This document shows, piece by piece, positions 12,250-23,363 of a DNA stretch of 64,000 bases. The notes under the pieces are model-generated. The model did no database searches and was not told the DNA's origin. It worked only from the letters and a program-made list of their open reading frames with translations. A program made the position numbers and the translations under genes. Each line of letters opens with the position of its first letter. Positions within the stretch are counted from its first letter, which is position 1. Origin of the DNA: Balamuthia mandrillaris (Eukaryota); assembly GCA_031835245.2 (NCBI GenBank), contig JAVKOQ020000052.1, positions 1 to 64,000 of the forward strand, read 5' to 3'.

Positions 12250-12849
12250 CAACAGCTATGTGGACTTGCTTCCTTGGATGGAAAAGCTCGCTGCTGATAC
12301 TTCTTCAGCAAAGAGATGAAACCAAGGGAGTAGGTCTGCGTGCATGACACAACAGCTGTGCGGACTTGCTTCCTTGGGCTGAAAAGCTCGCTGCTGCTGA
12401 TGCTTCATTCAGCAAAGAGATGAAACCAAGGGAGTAGGCCTGCATGCACTATGCAACAGCTGTGTGGACTTGCTTCCTTGGATGGAAAAGCTCGCTGCTG
12501 ATACTTCTTCAGCAAAGAGATGAAACCAAGGGAGTAGGTCTGCGTGCATGACACAACAGCTGTGCGGACTTGCTTCCTTGGGCTGAAAAGCTCGCTGCTG
12601 CTGATGCTTCATTCAGCAAAGAGATGAAACCAAAGGAGTAGGTCTGCGTGCGCTACGCAACAACTGTGCGGACTTGCTTCCTTGGGCAGAAAAGCTTGCT
12701 GCTGATGCTTCATTCAGCAAAGAGATGAAACCAAGGGAGTAGGCCTGCATGCACTATGCAACAGCTGTGTGGACTTGCTTCCTTGGATGGAAAAGCTCAC
12801 TGCTGATGCTTCATTCAGCAAAGAGATGAAACCAAGGGAGTAGGTCTGC
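12250..12849 (+). repeat. Six tandem 100-104-bp units, each forming a long G-U-rich stem plus a short hairpin (candidate ncRNA array)
   Basis: Units start at 12250, 12350, 12454, 12554, 12658 and 12759; gacttgcttccttgg pairs with ccaagggagtaggtc using three G-U pairs; ctc-gc-tgctga...tcagca-aa-gag hairpin. Confidence 0.92.
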
Positions 12850-13159
12850 TGGGATGAAGGACAACATTCCTTTGAACCTGCTTACGCCCAGGCTTGATGC
12901 TGTTGCACCACCTGTGGTACGCGATGATCGGCAAACAAAAGAGCTGAAGCAAGAGTGGTAGTTCTGAGAGTGCATAAGATGTTCGGTTGGTTGGTTAGTT
13001 AGTTGGTGGTTCAAAAAAAAGAAACAAGAGAATGAGTTGAGAAGTAAGCAGGTTCCGAGCCAGCTTGTGTGTCGGTCCCCGAGGTCTTTATGGCTCTCAT
13101 GTCGTCATGAAAGTCTCAAACATTTCGTCTCTTCCTTTTTCTCTTCTCAGCCTTCTGCT

Positions 13160-13404
13160 GCTTCCTCGCGTTCTCTGCCTCAGGCGGCTTCGCCGCCTTC
13201 GGCAGGTGGCCTTCAGCCACCCTCTAGAAGCCTGGTAGACCCACATTTTCAACAGAAAAAGTGGGAAAGCGACATTTGTCTCGCGATTCCACCGGAAATT
13301 GCACTTTTGCGGCCTTGGGCCGCTTCCTCGCGTTCTCCGCCTCAGGCGGCTTCGCCGCCTTCGGCAGGTGGCCTTCGGCCACCCTCTAGAAGGCCGGTAG
13401 ACCC
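13160..13404. repeat. Two 83-bp GC-rich direct repeats with stable hairpins; the second abuts the internal telomeric tract
   Basis: 13160-13242 and 13322-13404, 4 mismatches; aggcggc-ttc-gccgcct and ggtggcc-ttc-ggccacc. Confidence 0.95.
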
Positions 13405-13430
13405 CTAACCCTAACCCTAACACCCAACCC
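13403..13430. repeat. Interstitial telomeric tract (CCCTAA)3 plus degenerate cacccaaccc
   Basis: Directly visible; same orientation as 1-18. Confidence 0.93.
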
Positions 13431-13438
13431 AGGGCCTT

Positions 13439-13738
13439 ATGTTGAACCTCGACACATCAGATATCTGTGATGTGGTACGAGGAGGTCATCTGGAGTGCGT
13501 TCGTTGGTTGCTGGCTGGAGATTGTCAACCCTATATTTCCACCTCTGTTGACAGGTTGAACACAAGAACGATCCTCAGAACTGCCATTATTCTCGGTGAC
13601 CTCGATGTTTGCTGCTTCATAAAACAGAGTTTCCAGGGCCATTTCACAAAGGGTACCAGTTATTCCCTCCGCAAGGTCGCCACGCGGAATGGACACCCGG
13701 AAATCGAACGGTGGCTCCAAAAGACTGTGATCGCATAA
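13439..13738 (+). pseudogene. Ankyrin-repeat protein C-terminal fragment (probably 5'-truncated)
   Basis: VVRGGHLECVRWL, AIILGDLDVC, VATRNGHPEIERWL; begins within 20 bp of the telomeric tract, leaving no room for a promoter. Confidence 0.6.
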
Positions 13739-14071
13739 CAATAAACGTTTATTTGCTATAATCACTCGGCCACCAGGTAGGTGATGGTGTCGATGTCTGC
13801 TTCCGCTCCAGCTGCCGCTGGTGACATGAAAGACGACCACGGTGACAATCACCAAACCCATGAAGGACCTTCCTTTCAATCCAAAGACACAACAGCAAAT
13901 GTGGGACACACAAATCAGTTTCCTTGTTCCTCCCGGCTGAGTTCTCCATTTTTGCTACCACAACTGAGCTTTGCAGCTTTTTCTCGGCATGGAATGAACG
14001 CAAGGGTGGAAAGAGATATGGACGCAACTCATATTTATCCAGATGGCTAGTCGAGCACGAGTTTCAAAGTG

Positions 14072-14114
<43 letters not shown>

Positions 14115-14351
14115 CCCCCTCCTCCTTTACTTCTTTTCTTACGAGTTGTTGTTTGCTCTCGCAGAGAGAGAAAGTACTTGCATGAGGATCTGGTGAATGG
14201 ACCTTGCAACACTCACTCCACATGAAAGCCTCTCGTGTATTGATTCTATGTATGCAACAATTTGCTACTTCTTTCCTCGTTCCCTGCTTCTTTGTGTCTC
14301 TCAACTCAATCAAGAAACGGAATCTACTTACATTTTTTCTTGCTGGATACG

Positions 14352-15294
14352 TTAAACTGTTCTCCCAAAGAACTTGAGGCGAGTGTATTCGTTCAACATG
14401 ACGCCCGGTTTGGTCTCGTAGCTGAGCACAGCCAACACTCGTGGCACAGAGCCTTGCACTTCAGTCACCCGATGCAACGAGTTTCTTCCACAAAACAAAA
14501 GGAGAGTACCAGGCTCCATCGGTAGCCTTCTCTTCCGGTTCTCTTGCTCTTCTTCTGATCCTCCTTCATCGTCTTCGTTGGCAGCAGTTCTCAAGATGTG
14601 GTCCACTTGCTTGTAATGAGGGTCTAATGGAGTTCTGAGGTTGGGCACGTATTCGAAATGGCCTCCTTCCTCAGGAGACTGCAGCAATAAAGTGACCGCG
14701 AACTCTCCACGGTCAAAGTGCCAGCCGAGGTTGTCTCCTTGGTTGTAGATGTGGATGTTGAGTGCGCCCAGAGGGTCAGCTGTTCGATAGAGCTTCTCTT
14801 TGCCCAACACCTGTGACCACAGAGGACCCCTTAGTTCGAACGTGTTTGTTGTTGTTGTTGCAAAGTAACACACACCACAAATAAAAGCAATAAAAAAAAA
14901 GGGACATGGGACTTACTGCTGCCAAAAAGTCGGTCAAAGCATCCCAATGAAAGACCTGAGCAACAGGATTAGCGTCAGAGATCTGGTCATAGGTGACACA
15001 GGTCTTTGCAGAACGCTGACTACGGTTCCTAGGGTGATCCTCATCCAAGGTTGGGTCCTCCTGTTCCAAGTAGACGTTGTGCGCGTTATCGCTGTGGTAG
15101 GCCACGCCAGAGGCTTGCACGTGCAGCACCTCCTCGACGCTCTTCCTGCACACGCTCTCGTCCTTCAGGAAGCCAGGCAGCGCGCAGTGGCCTTGTTCCT
15201 CCAACTGGTGGCGCAACTTGGCGAGCAGGCCCTGCCCCTCCTCGCTGTCCAGCTGATCCACGGGATATCGTTCCAGGTTGACGTGTTGCGCCAT
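14352..15294 (-). CDS. 2OG-Fe(II) oxygenase, bacterial HalD/BesD-like fold, 2 exons (intron ~14811-14916)
   Basis: LGWHFD, GGHFEYVPNLR, PGTLLLFCGRNSLHRVT..RVLAVLSY. Confidence 0.85.
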
Positions 15295-15837
15295 CCTGTC
15301 TTTCTTCTCCGTTTTTTATTATTTTTCTGCTTCACAAAAAAAGAAATGAAAAGATAAGGTGGGCGGCAGGTGGTAGACAGCAAGCAGAACGAGAGCCTAT
15401 TCAGTCAAGAGGCTGTTTACGTCGTTGCCTTGTGCGGCTGATGGGTTGCGCTGTACGCAATCCTTAGGCCAGTTGTTCTGTCAGGAATTTCCCTGGGCTC
15501 CTACCACCACGTTCTTTGTGCGCGTGCTAAGGATTAGTTTAGAAACGCTCTCTATGTTTGGGGGCGGCCATTGGTTTATTGTGGAGCAACACGTTCTGTT
15601 TCTTCACTTTACCTCTGTTCTGTGGATAGTGAACATGTGGAGAAAGTGATGGACCAAAACACACGGCTTGGGTGGCTCGTTTGTTTTATGAAAATTATAT
15701 AAGGTTTTTTTAGATGGTTAGGGAGGGTTAGTTTCACCAAGGGTCGCCACAAACAAAAAATAAAACAAAAAGCAAAATCATAAACAATCAACAGCACAAA
15801 ACTAACAAGCTGGAGGGAGCATGCTGCTGACACCGCA

Positions 15838-18252
15838 ATGAACCGCCAAACGAGAAAGGAAGCAAAGAAACAAACCAGAGCGAGCTCCAGTTCAGATGCT
15901 TTCACCAATACAAGCGCTAGCAGAGAACTGGAGGCTGTGTTGCGCCGGCTGGTTGGTGGTGCACCCACCGATGCCCGACCCCAACCCATGTCCCGAGAGG
16001 AGATCCTTGAGGGATATCGTGCCTTTAGGGGTGAAATGAAGGCGCAGAGCAGCATGTATTCCTTGCGGGCCTCCGTTGCTGCTCCTTTTATGCACAAAAC
16101 CAACTCTGACGGAAGAACTGCACTCAAGGACAAGAAACCCGTTCCGTTGCGTTGCATGACACTCAACAATGTACACGAGGGCAAAGTCTTCTACTGCCGC
16201 ACCATTGAGGATGCCTGCCGGGCGACGGCGCTCATCAGCATTGTGGAGGATCAGGAAGGACAGGTCACCCGGTTAGCGCTTTACAACTACGCCATGCCAA
16301 CGGCAGTTCCTGAGGCAGTGCTCCCACGAGGTACTCGCTTGGCCCTTCTCGATCCTTTTTACAAGATGGCGATGGACGGACAGCCCGTGCTACGCTGCGA
16401 CAACCCAGCCGCAGTGGTGGTCTTCGATCCCACTGAATGTTTTCCTGGAGAGGAAAAAGAAGAAAGAGCACCAGAAACTGCTGACATGGAAGCCCAAGCT
16501 AACGCCTGGAAGCAACAAGGCGTTAAGCACTTTTCTGAGCAGCGCTTTGAGGACGCTGTTTCCTGCTTCAGCAAAGCCCTACAACTGGACCCCAACAATG
16601 CTGTCGTGTTGTCCAATCGGGCTCAATGCTATCTTCACCTGCAGCATCCGTGGCGAGCCTGGCTCGATGCTTCTCAAGCACTTTCCCTCGACCCTTCGTC
16701 TGTCAAGAGCCACTTTCGCAGTGCCACCGCTTTAGTTCAGCTGGGTCGCTTTGATGATGCCGCTCATCATATGCAACTGCTGGAAAAAAGAGCTCTGAAT
16801 GATCCCGCGGTAAGAAAGCTTGCAGCCGATCTTGTCCGACAAAGAGCAGAAGGTAACTGATGGCCTTTTTTGTTATTTATTCCTCTTTGTGGTCCTCCCC
16901 TTCCTATCTTTTTTGTCATTCAGTGTTGCTTGCCTTTTCCTCATTGGCAGAGATTCTATAAAGCGGAGCAGGGCGCATATGACATCATGGCCATGGAAAC
17001 AGAAACAAAGAAATCGACTCTCAAGAACCACCTCGTGGGTCATTCTGACTTTCGCTCTCCTAGCGTCAAAGTAGTTCCTGTTATGGAGAACAACAAAGGG
17101 CGGGGAGTTGTGGCCACGACGTCGCTATCCCCCGGTACCCTTGTGTTTGCATCCAAGGCGCTTGCATCAGCCTTTCCCCATGACCTGGCTGAGCGTCGCA
17201 CTGGCCTCAACGTGGATGTGCAAACTCGGTCCTTGACCACTGGCGCTCATGAGGCTATGACGATAACCATCATTCAGCGCCTTAGGCACGCTTCACCTGA
17301 TGACGTTTCAGCCTTTTATCAGCTCTTTTCTGGCGGCTACTCTTCAACTGGCAAACTGAAAGATGGCCAAGTGTCAGACGAAACGAAAGGGAAAGTCGCA
17401 CCTACTGCTCCTGTGATCGACATGGACTGTATCAAAGCCATCATTCGCTTCAATTCCTTTGGTCCTCACCCTTTCTCTGAGGACTTTTCTTCAGAAGATT
17501 CCGCATTGATGGAAAAGCCTACTGGCTTGTGGCTTGACCCTTCTTACTTGAATCACTCCTGCCAACCTAACTGCAACTACTTCTTTGTCGGAGACTTCAT
17601 GTTCGTGGTCACTGCAACCCAGATCGCTGCTGGCGAAGAGCTGACAGTTGCCTATCTACCTCCCTTTCTCTCCTTTTCCCAGCGCCAATCAAAGTTGCTC
17701 TCCGGCTGGAAGTTTGAATGTCGTTGCCCTCGCTGCGCTCCTTTCCTCCCTTCCTCTCTCTGTTCTTCTGCTTCTCCTTCCTCACTTCTGTCAACAAAGG
17801 AGAAGGAATTTATGGACGAATGTGAAGCACTCTTGCAGAGAGGGGGCGTGACCAAAACAGAAGCCGAGGACGTGTTAGCCCGCATTGATGCTCTGGGCGC
17901 CAGCGACTCTTTGATGGGTGCCCCATTGCTTCCGTTGCTAACGCTGCTGTCAAACCTCTTCTATGACGACCCAGAACGGTGCTACAAGTACTGCGATAGG
18001 GCCGCAAGTCTCGCTGCTTCTGTGGTCGGTACAGGACACAGCCAAGCGGAGACGGCCCTTCTCTCCAAGGCATGTTTTTTGGTGGAAAACGGCCGGATGG
18101 AGGAAGCGCAGAGCATCGTGCGCACCGCCATCAGAGCGCACAACCGCGCCCACTGCATTCCACCAGAGGATACCACGCACTTTGCCCGAGTGTTCATCCC
18201 TCACTTCCCCGCTCTCTGCATCTTCGTGGGAGGTTATCCCCCCGCAGAATAA
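15838..18252 (+). CDS. TPR + SET domain protein (SMYD-like lysine methyltransferase), intron 16853-16963
   Basis: TPR repeats (ANAWKQQGVKHF...SNRAQCYL); SET motifs KGRGVVA, LNHSCQPN, GEELTVAY; post-SET FECRCPRC. Confidence 0.92.
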
Positions 18253-18346
18253 AAAGCTAAAATTTTAGAGGAAAAAAACTTTTTAATATTAAGCAAAAAA
18301 AACGCGCATAGAAGAGAGAGAGCAAGGCAACACAAAACGCTAGCAG

Positions 18347-18492
18347 ATGGAGGATTTGCCTGACGAGCTGGTGCTTCACATATTTCATTATTTGAGCGTG
18401 GAGGTAAAAGATGTTGCAACAAAACTTTAGCTTCCTGATCTAACTCTGCTCTTCTGCTCTGCTGTCCGCCATCGTTTTCTTAATGCGTTTTT

Positions 18493-18524
<32 letters not shown>

Positions 18525-18542
18525 TGTCTCTCTCTCTCTCTG

Positions 18543-18575
<33 letters not shown>

Positions 18576-19686
18576 TTGCTACGCTTTTGTCATATTAAAA
18601 GGAGTTGGTGTCGTTTAGCCTGACGGGAAAGCGTTGGTTGAATCTCAGCATTGAACCACAGTTCTGGTTCGTTATTTTGTTTTGTCTTCTCCACAGAGAT
18701 AAGTACAGAGAGTGACAGCATCTGGATAGGCGGTCCTTCGCAAAGGAAGCTACCTCTGGCATTGTTGAGATCGAAGATGGACTTGTAGAGGACTGGAAGA
18801 GTTTTTACCGCACTTACCTTCATCACAGGGCGCCAGAAACGATTGCATTGGACCTGCAGACTCTCTTTCTCATGAAGCGGCTTTGTCTTCCTTCCTCTTC
18901 TCCTGACTTCTTGCAGCTTTACGCCTACGTCTACTACAACCAGCCGGACAATGATACGCGCCAGACGTTGTGCCTTGATATCGCTGAGGTGAGTACAAAG
19001 AATAGCAAACGAAGTGCCGTAGGAAGCACTAACTGTCTTTCTTCATGCAACCTAGTCTCAACTTGACAGAATGAAGCTTCAGCTGACTCTCACGTTTAAG
19101 CCAAAGGAATCCCAGTGCCCTGTGTTCTTTTATGGCCAGGTTCGTGCTCCTTTCCTCCGTCTTTTCTATGCTTCTGCCATTCGCTGCTGCTGCTCTCTTC
19201 CTCGCTCTCTCTCTCTCTCGTCTCATGTCTATTGTCCTTGTTTCTGTTGCTCTTTCACACAGCATGGTTTGCAGAGCACTGTGGAAGTTGTAGCAATCAA
19301 CAGGAGGGCAGACAATCCCATTATGGTTATCTCAAGAAACAGTCACTTCTATAGGGCTGGCCGTGGTTCCAAATATCATTTTGTGAGCGGTGAAGTGGGC
19401 ATCAAAATAACCTTACTCTCTAACCGCCGTTTAGAGGCTCTGGCAGAAGCCCTTGGATTGGACAAACAGAGTAATGCTTACTATTGCCGTTTTATGTTTT
19501 CTTTTTAGATACTGTTGTTCTCATTCTTGTTTACTTCTTCGTTGTTTCTTTCTTGTTGTTGCAGCATTCACTGCAAACACTCAAAGGATGATATCTGTGG
19601 ATCACAACACGGCCCGCTTTGAAAGCAGCGATACTGTGAACTGGAGGTATAAACAAACAATGAAGCTTCCAGTGGATCGTGCCTGA
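18347..19686 (+). CDS. F-box protein, multi-exon
   Basis: First exon reads MEDLPDELVLHIFHYLSVE followed by a gtaaa donor; several downstream coding-like exons. Confidence 0.7.
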
Positions 19687-20046
19687 CTTTATTTATGTCT
19701 TCCATAACATTACAGGCTGCGACAAGAGACTGGAGGACCAAGCAACGCACGCATCGGGCAGGTTGTTTCTGTTGGCATAGACCTCAACCTTCCCCGCCTT
19801 TATCAGGCCGTCACCTTCCCAATGCAAGCGAACGAAGAGAATGACCAGCTGTGAGGGCACCGGCGCGCCGAACAACGAACGGCCCATCCTGCTCGTAATT
19901 GCGCTGCTCCGCTCTTCTCGTTGTTGCTTGTGCAAACCCCCTTCCTGTCGTTATGTAATTTCCACCCATTCACCCAATCAAAAAAAAGACTTAGAACAAC
20001 AACAACAACAACAACGAGGAGGAGAAAAAAAAAGGAGAAGAAGAAG

Positions 20047-20581
20047 ATGCAGGCAGCACCGCTCAGCCAAGAAGAGTTGGCACATCTTGTTGAGAAAACC
20101 AAGTGTTCGTACTGCCCTGCCGTTTCCTCGCCCTTTGTTTTTATGGCTTTTTGGAAAAATAATTTATGTCCAACTCAAAAAAAACACTATAGATACTGCA
20201 GAAGAGCTCAAAGCCCTCCATCAAAAGCATAACTTTCATGAAGCGGGAGGCATCCACCGAGATGAGTTTGAGAAAGTGCTCGCTGACATGTTCCAAGTGG
20301 ACGTGAACAAGGATGCTGTCCTTATTTCGGTGCGTATGCTCCTTTTTATTGTGGCTTTTATTATGTGTCACAACCTAAAGTTGGGGTTGTGTCGCCACAG
20401 AGATTGTTCGAGCAGTTCGATGCAGACCACAACGGCATCATCGACTTTCAAGGTACTTTTTTTCCTCTGGCGTTTTTTAAGTGACACCAAACTCACCGTA
20501 AGCGCTTACATCAGAATTCGCAACCGGCTTGTCCATGATCTATTCAGAAGATCCCAAAGATAAGCTTGCCTGTGCGTTATA

Positions 20582-20612
<31 letters not shown>

Positions 20613-22071
20613 GCTTCTCGGTTCTTTGGTCTCTCGTTTCTCTGAAACTCTTTTCTTGTTTCCAATCGCTAGTCGTGTTCAGCATCTTTGATCTTGATGG
20701 CGATGGAAAAATAACCAAGGTACTCAACGCCTTCCACCACTTGTTGTGCGTCATCAAAGAAAATGTGCAGCAAAGAAAGGCTCACTCTACCTCCTTGGTC
20801 TCTTCCCAAAGAACGAGTTCACAGCCATCGTTCAAACCCTCTGGCAAAATGATGTGTGCCAAAAGTTGTTTGACTTTGCCATTGACGACAAGCAAATAAC
20901 GGGTGTCCGAGTGTTCGTGGAGCACTTCTTCCACGAAGCTGATCTCAACAAGGATGGCGTCATCGACTGGAATGAGTTCCAACAGGTCGCCAGTAAGTAT
21001 GCCCACGCCAAACCCGACCACAAGCTCCAGGTCATGACCCATCAAACGGGTGGCCATGTCGATGCCTTCAAAGTTCTTGAAGGAGGCAAGATCAGGAAGA
21101 GCGTGTCTCTCAAGGAATATAGGTTGGATGGAACTCTCTCCTTGCTCTTCTCCTCCTTTCTTTCTTCTTCGCCTCTCCTCCTGTACTAACGTCGCCAAAA
21201 AGCTTCTATGCCAAGTTGCATTCCGATTACAGCTTCATGATTCCCTACGCTCCAACTTTGTACCAGGTCGAGGAGCAGGGAGATCAAAGTACGTTCTCTC
21301 CTATATATTGAAATGTGCCTCTGTTACTGAATACACTGCCATGTAAAAGAATATGTGATAATGGAGGATTTGACGGCACCCTTCAAGAAGCCCTGTGTGG
21401 CCGACTTCAAGATAGGCATCACCTCTGCCGGCGAGGATGCCTCCCCCGAAAAGAGGGAAGCCATGAGGAAGAAAGACATGGAGAGCACCACCGTTAGCCT
21501 GGGAATGAGAATTACCGGCATGAAAGTGTGGGATGTGAAGAAAGGAGACTATGTGCGCTACACCAAGACTTGGGGCCGAGATGTTACCATCGAAAAAACC
21601 AAGGAGGCCGTCTCATTGTTCTTTCACAATGGAGAGCGAGTGCGCAAGGAGATCGTCGCGCTGGCTCTCGAGAAGGCCACCGCCATTTTGGAGTTTATGA
21701 AAAACCAAAGGCATTCCAGGTTCTACTCCAGCTCCTTGTTGTTCCTGTACGACGGTGACACATCTCAGCCTCCTTCCTTGACCTTGAAGATGTAAGTTGC
21801 TCCTTGGACTTTTTCTTCCTTGTTTGTTGGCGTCTTTTTATTTGTTGTTTTGTATTGTTTTTTCATGGTTGTTGTGTCCATTCGTTCTCTTGTTGTTCCG
21901 GAACATATGCTGACAGACGCTGTTTCCTGCTTTAACTAACTTTCTCCTGCTAGGATTGACTTTGCTCATGTGCATCCGATCAAGGACGGAGGGCTGGACG
22001 ATGGGTACATCTTTGGCGTGACCAACCTCCTTCACCACTTGGAAGAGATCGAAAAGGAGGCTTCCGCCTAA
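20047..22071 (+). CDS. EF-hand (NCS/calcineurin-B-like) domain fused to an inositol polyphosphate kinase (IPK family), multi-exon
   Basis: EF loops DADHNGIIDFQE, DLDGDGKITKNE, DLNKDGVIDWNE; IPK motifs QTGGH, MEDLT..PCVADFKIG, SSLL, IDFAH. Confidence 0.9.
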
Positions 22072-22402
22072 ACATGAAAAAGAGAACCCCTCCCCCCACT
22101 GTTCGGACGTTTCCGGTCCGGTCTGCTTTCGTGAACTCGCGACAAACTTTAGCACTTTGTAGTTTAGCTCTTGTTATATTTTTAAAGTTTATTCAAATTG
22201 CAACTTCCGCCAAAGCTTGCTGTTCTTTTCTTTTGCCTCCTCTATTCCTGGTTGCTGGTTTGATGTTTTGGTCACGCAAACTGAAGAGAAGGAAAAGAAT
22301 GAAGTGTGTTGAAAACAGAAGAGGTTTGTTTTTTTAATAGTTCAGTTTGGAGTTTAAAGATGAGAGAGAGAGAGAGAGAGAAAAAAAAAGCGGTAAAACG
22401 TT

Positions 22403-22880
22403 TTAGTGTTTCTCCTCCTTGATCCTCCTCATCTCATCGATCCACTGCTCGGTCTGAGTGCGTGCCCTTTCTCGGTTGTACAGCTTAGGGGACTCTCGCA
22501 GGAGGTAGGGCTCCTTTTCCTTGGTGGCAATACTGTTGTTTTGTTTTTGGGGAGGAAAGGGGGCAAAAGAGAAGGTAGCGCTTAGTCGGTCCGTTGTTGC
22601 GAAATGAGTGCTGGAGAGAGGAATAGCGTACACAATGTCATTGTAGTTCAGCGAGCGGAGGGACATGTAAGTGGCCCAGACAAGACCGCCACCGATGACA
22701 GGAGCGATGGTCCACCACACGGCTTTGGTCTGCAAGGGAACAAAGAGGGGAAAAAAAAAACAACACAGGGCGTAGTTAATACTTGGGAAACTCCACGCAG
22801 CAAAAAAACCCAGGCCGTTGAACACGTACATCGTGGGTGTACATTTTCTTCCACAAAGCGGACATTCGGGAGGAAGACAT
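22403..22880 (-). CDS. Small single-TM protein, NDUFA4/B12D-like, 3 exons
   Basis: MSSSRMSALWKKMY..IAPVIGGGLVWATYMSLRSLNYNDIV..KEKEPY; size and layout match the family. Confidence 0.55.
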
Positions 22881-23363
22881 CTTTAGCACAGGGTGAAGTT
22901 CTCGAGAACTGTTGTTCGGCTGTCGGGTGGTTGTTGGTGGTTGCTTTTTGCCTATGAAAAAAAAAACCAAAAAAAAAGTGACAACAACAGTACTTCTTTA
23001 TAAAGCCTATGGATACTCCTCAAGCGGATGGAAACCTCGGGTCGCTTTCTTCCTTTCTTGTCACATTAAAGCGGCTCAATGCTTTGATCGGTTACTGAAA
23101 GTTTCAAACCACCAATCAAAAATCAAAACAGAGGCTTTATCTTACCATAAAAAGGCCATTTCTGTTGTCTTTTTCTTTGTCTCATCTCTAGCAGAGATCT
23201 TTCACGTCGACAAAAATTCATTGCTCCGCTTTAATGAGTCATGTCTCCTGATTTTTTTTTTCAAACCGTCAATCGGGTTTCAGAGGTTGATAGATCGATC
23301 TGAGGAGAGGAGAGAGGACGCCAGATAGGCTAAACGGAGAAGGGAAGTCAAGCTGGGAGGAGG

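Noticed and set aside
12250..12849. Hammerhead ribozymes or SECIS elements (ctgatg, tgaaac and atgaa motifs)
   Set aside because: No complete CUGANGA...GAAA...UH three-stem core, and the stem is too long for SECIS geometry; an Infernal search would settle it.
13322..13402. Helitron 3' end (GC hairpin followed by CTAG)
   Set aside because: No Rep/helicase in the block, the repeat continues past CTAG, and the flank does not fit an A|T insertion.
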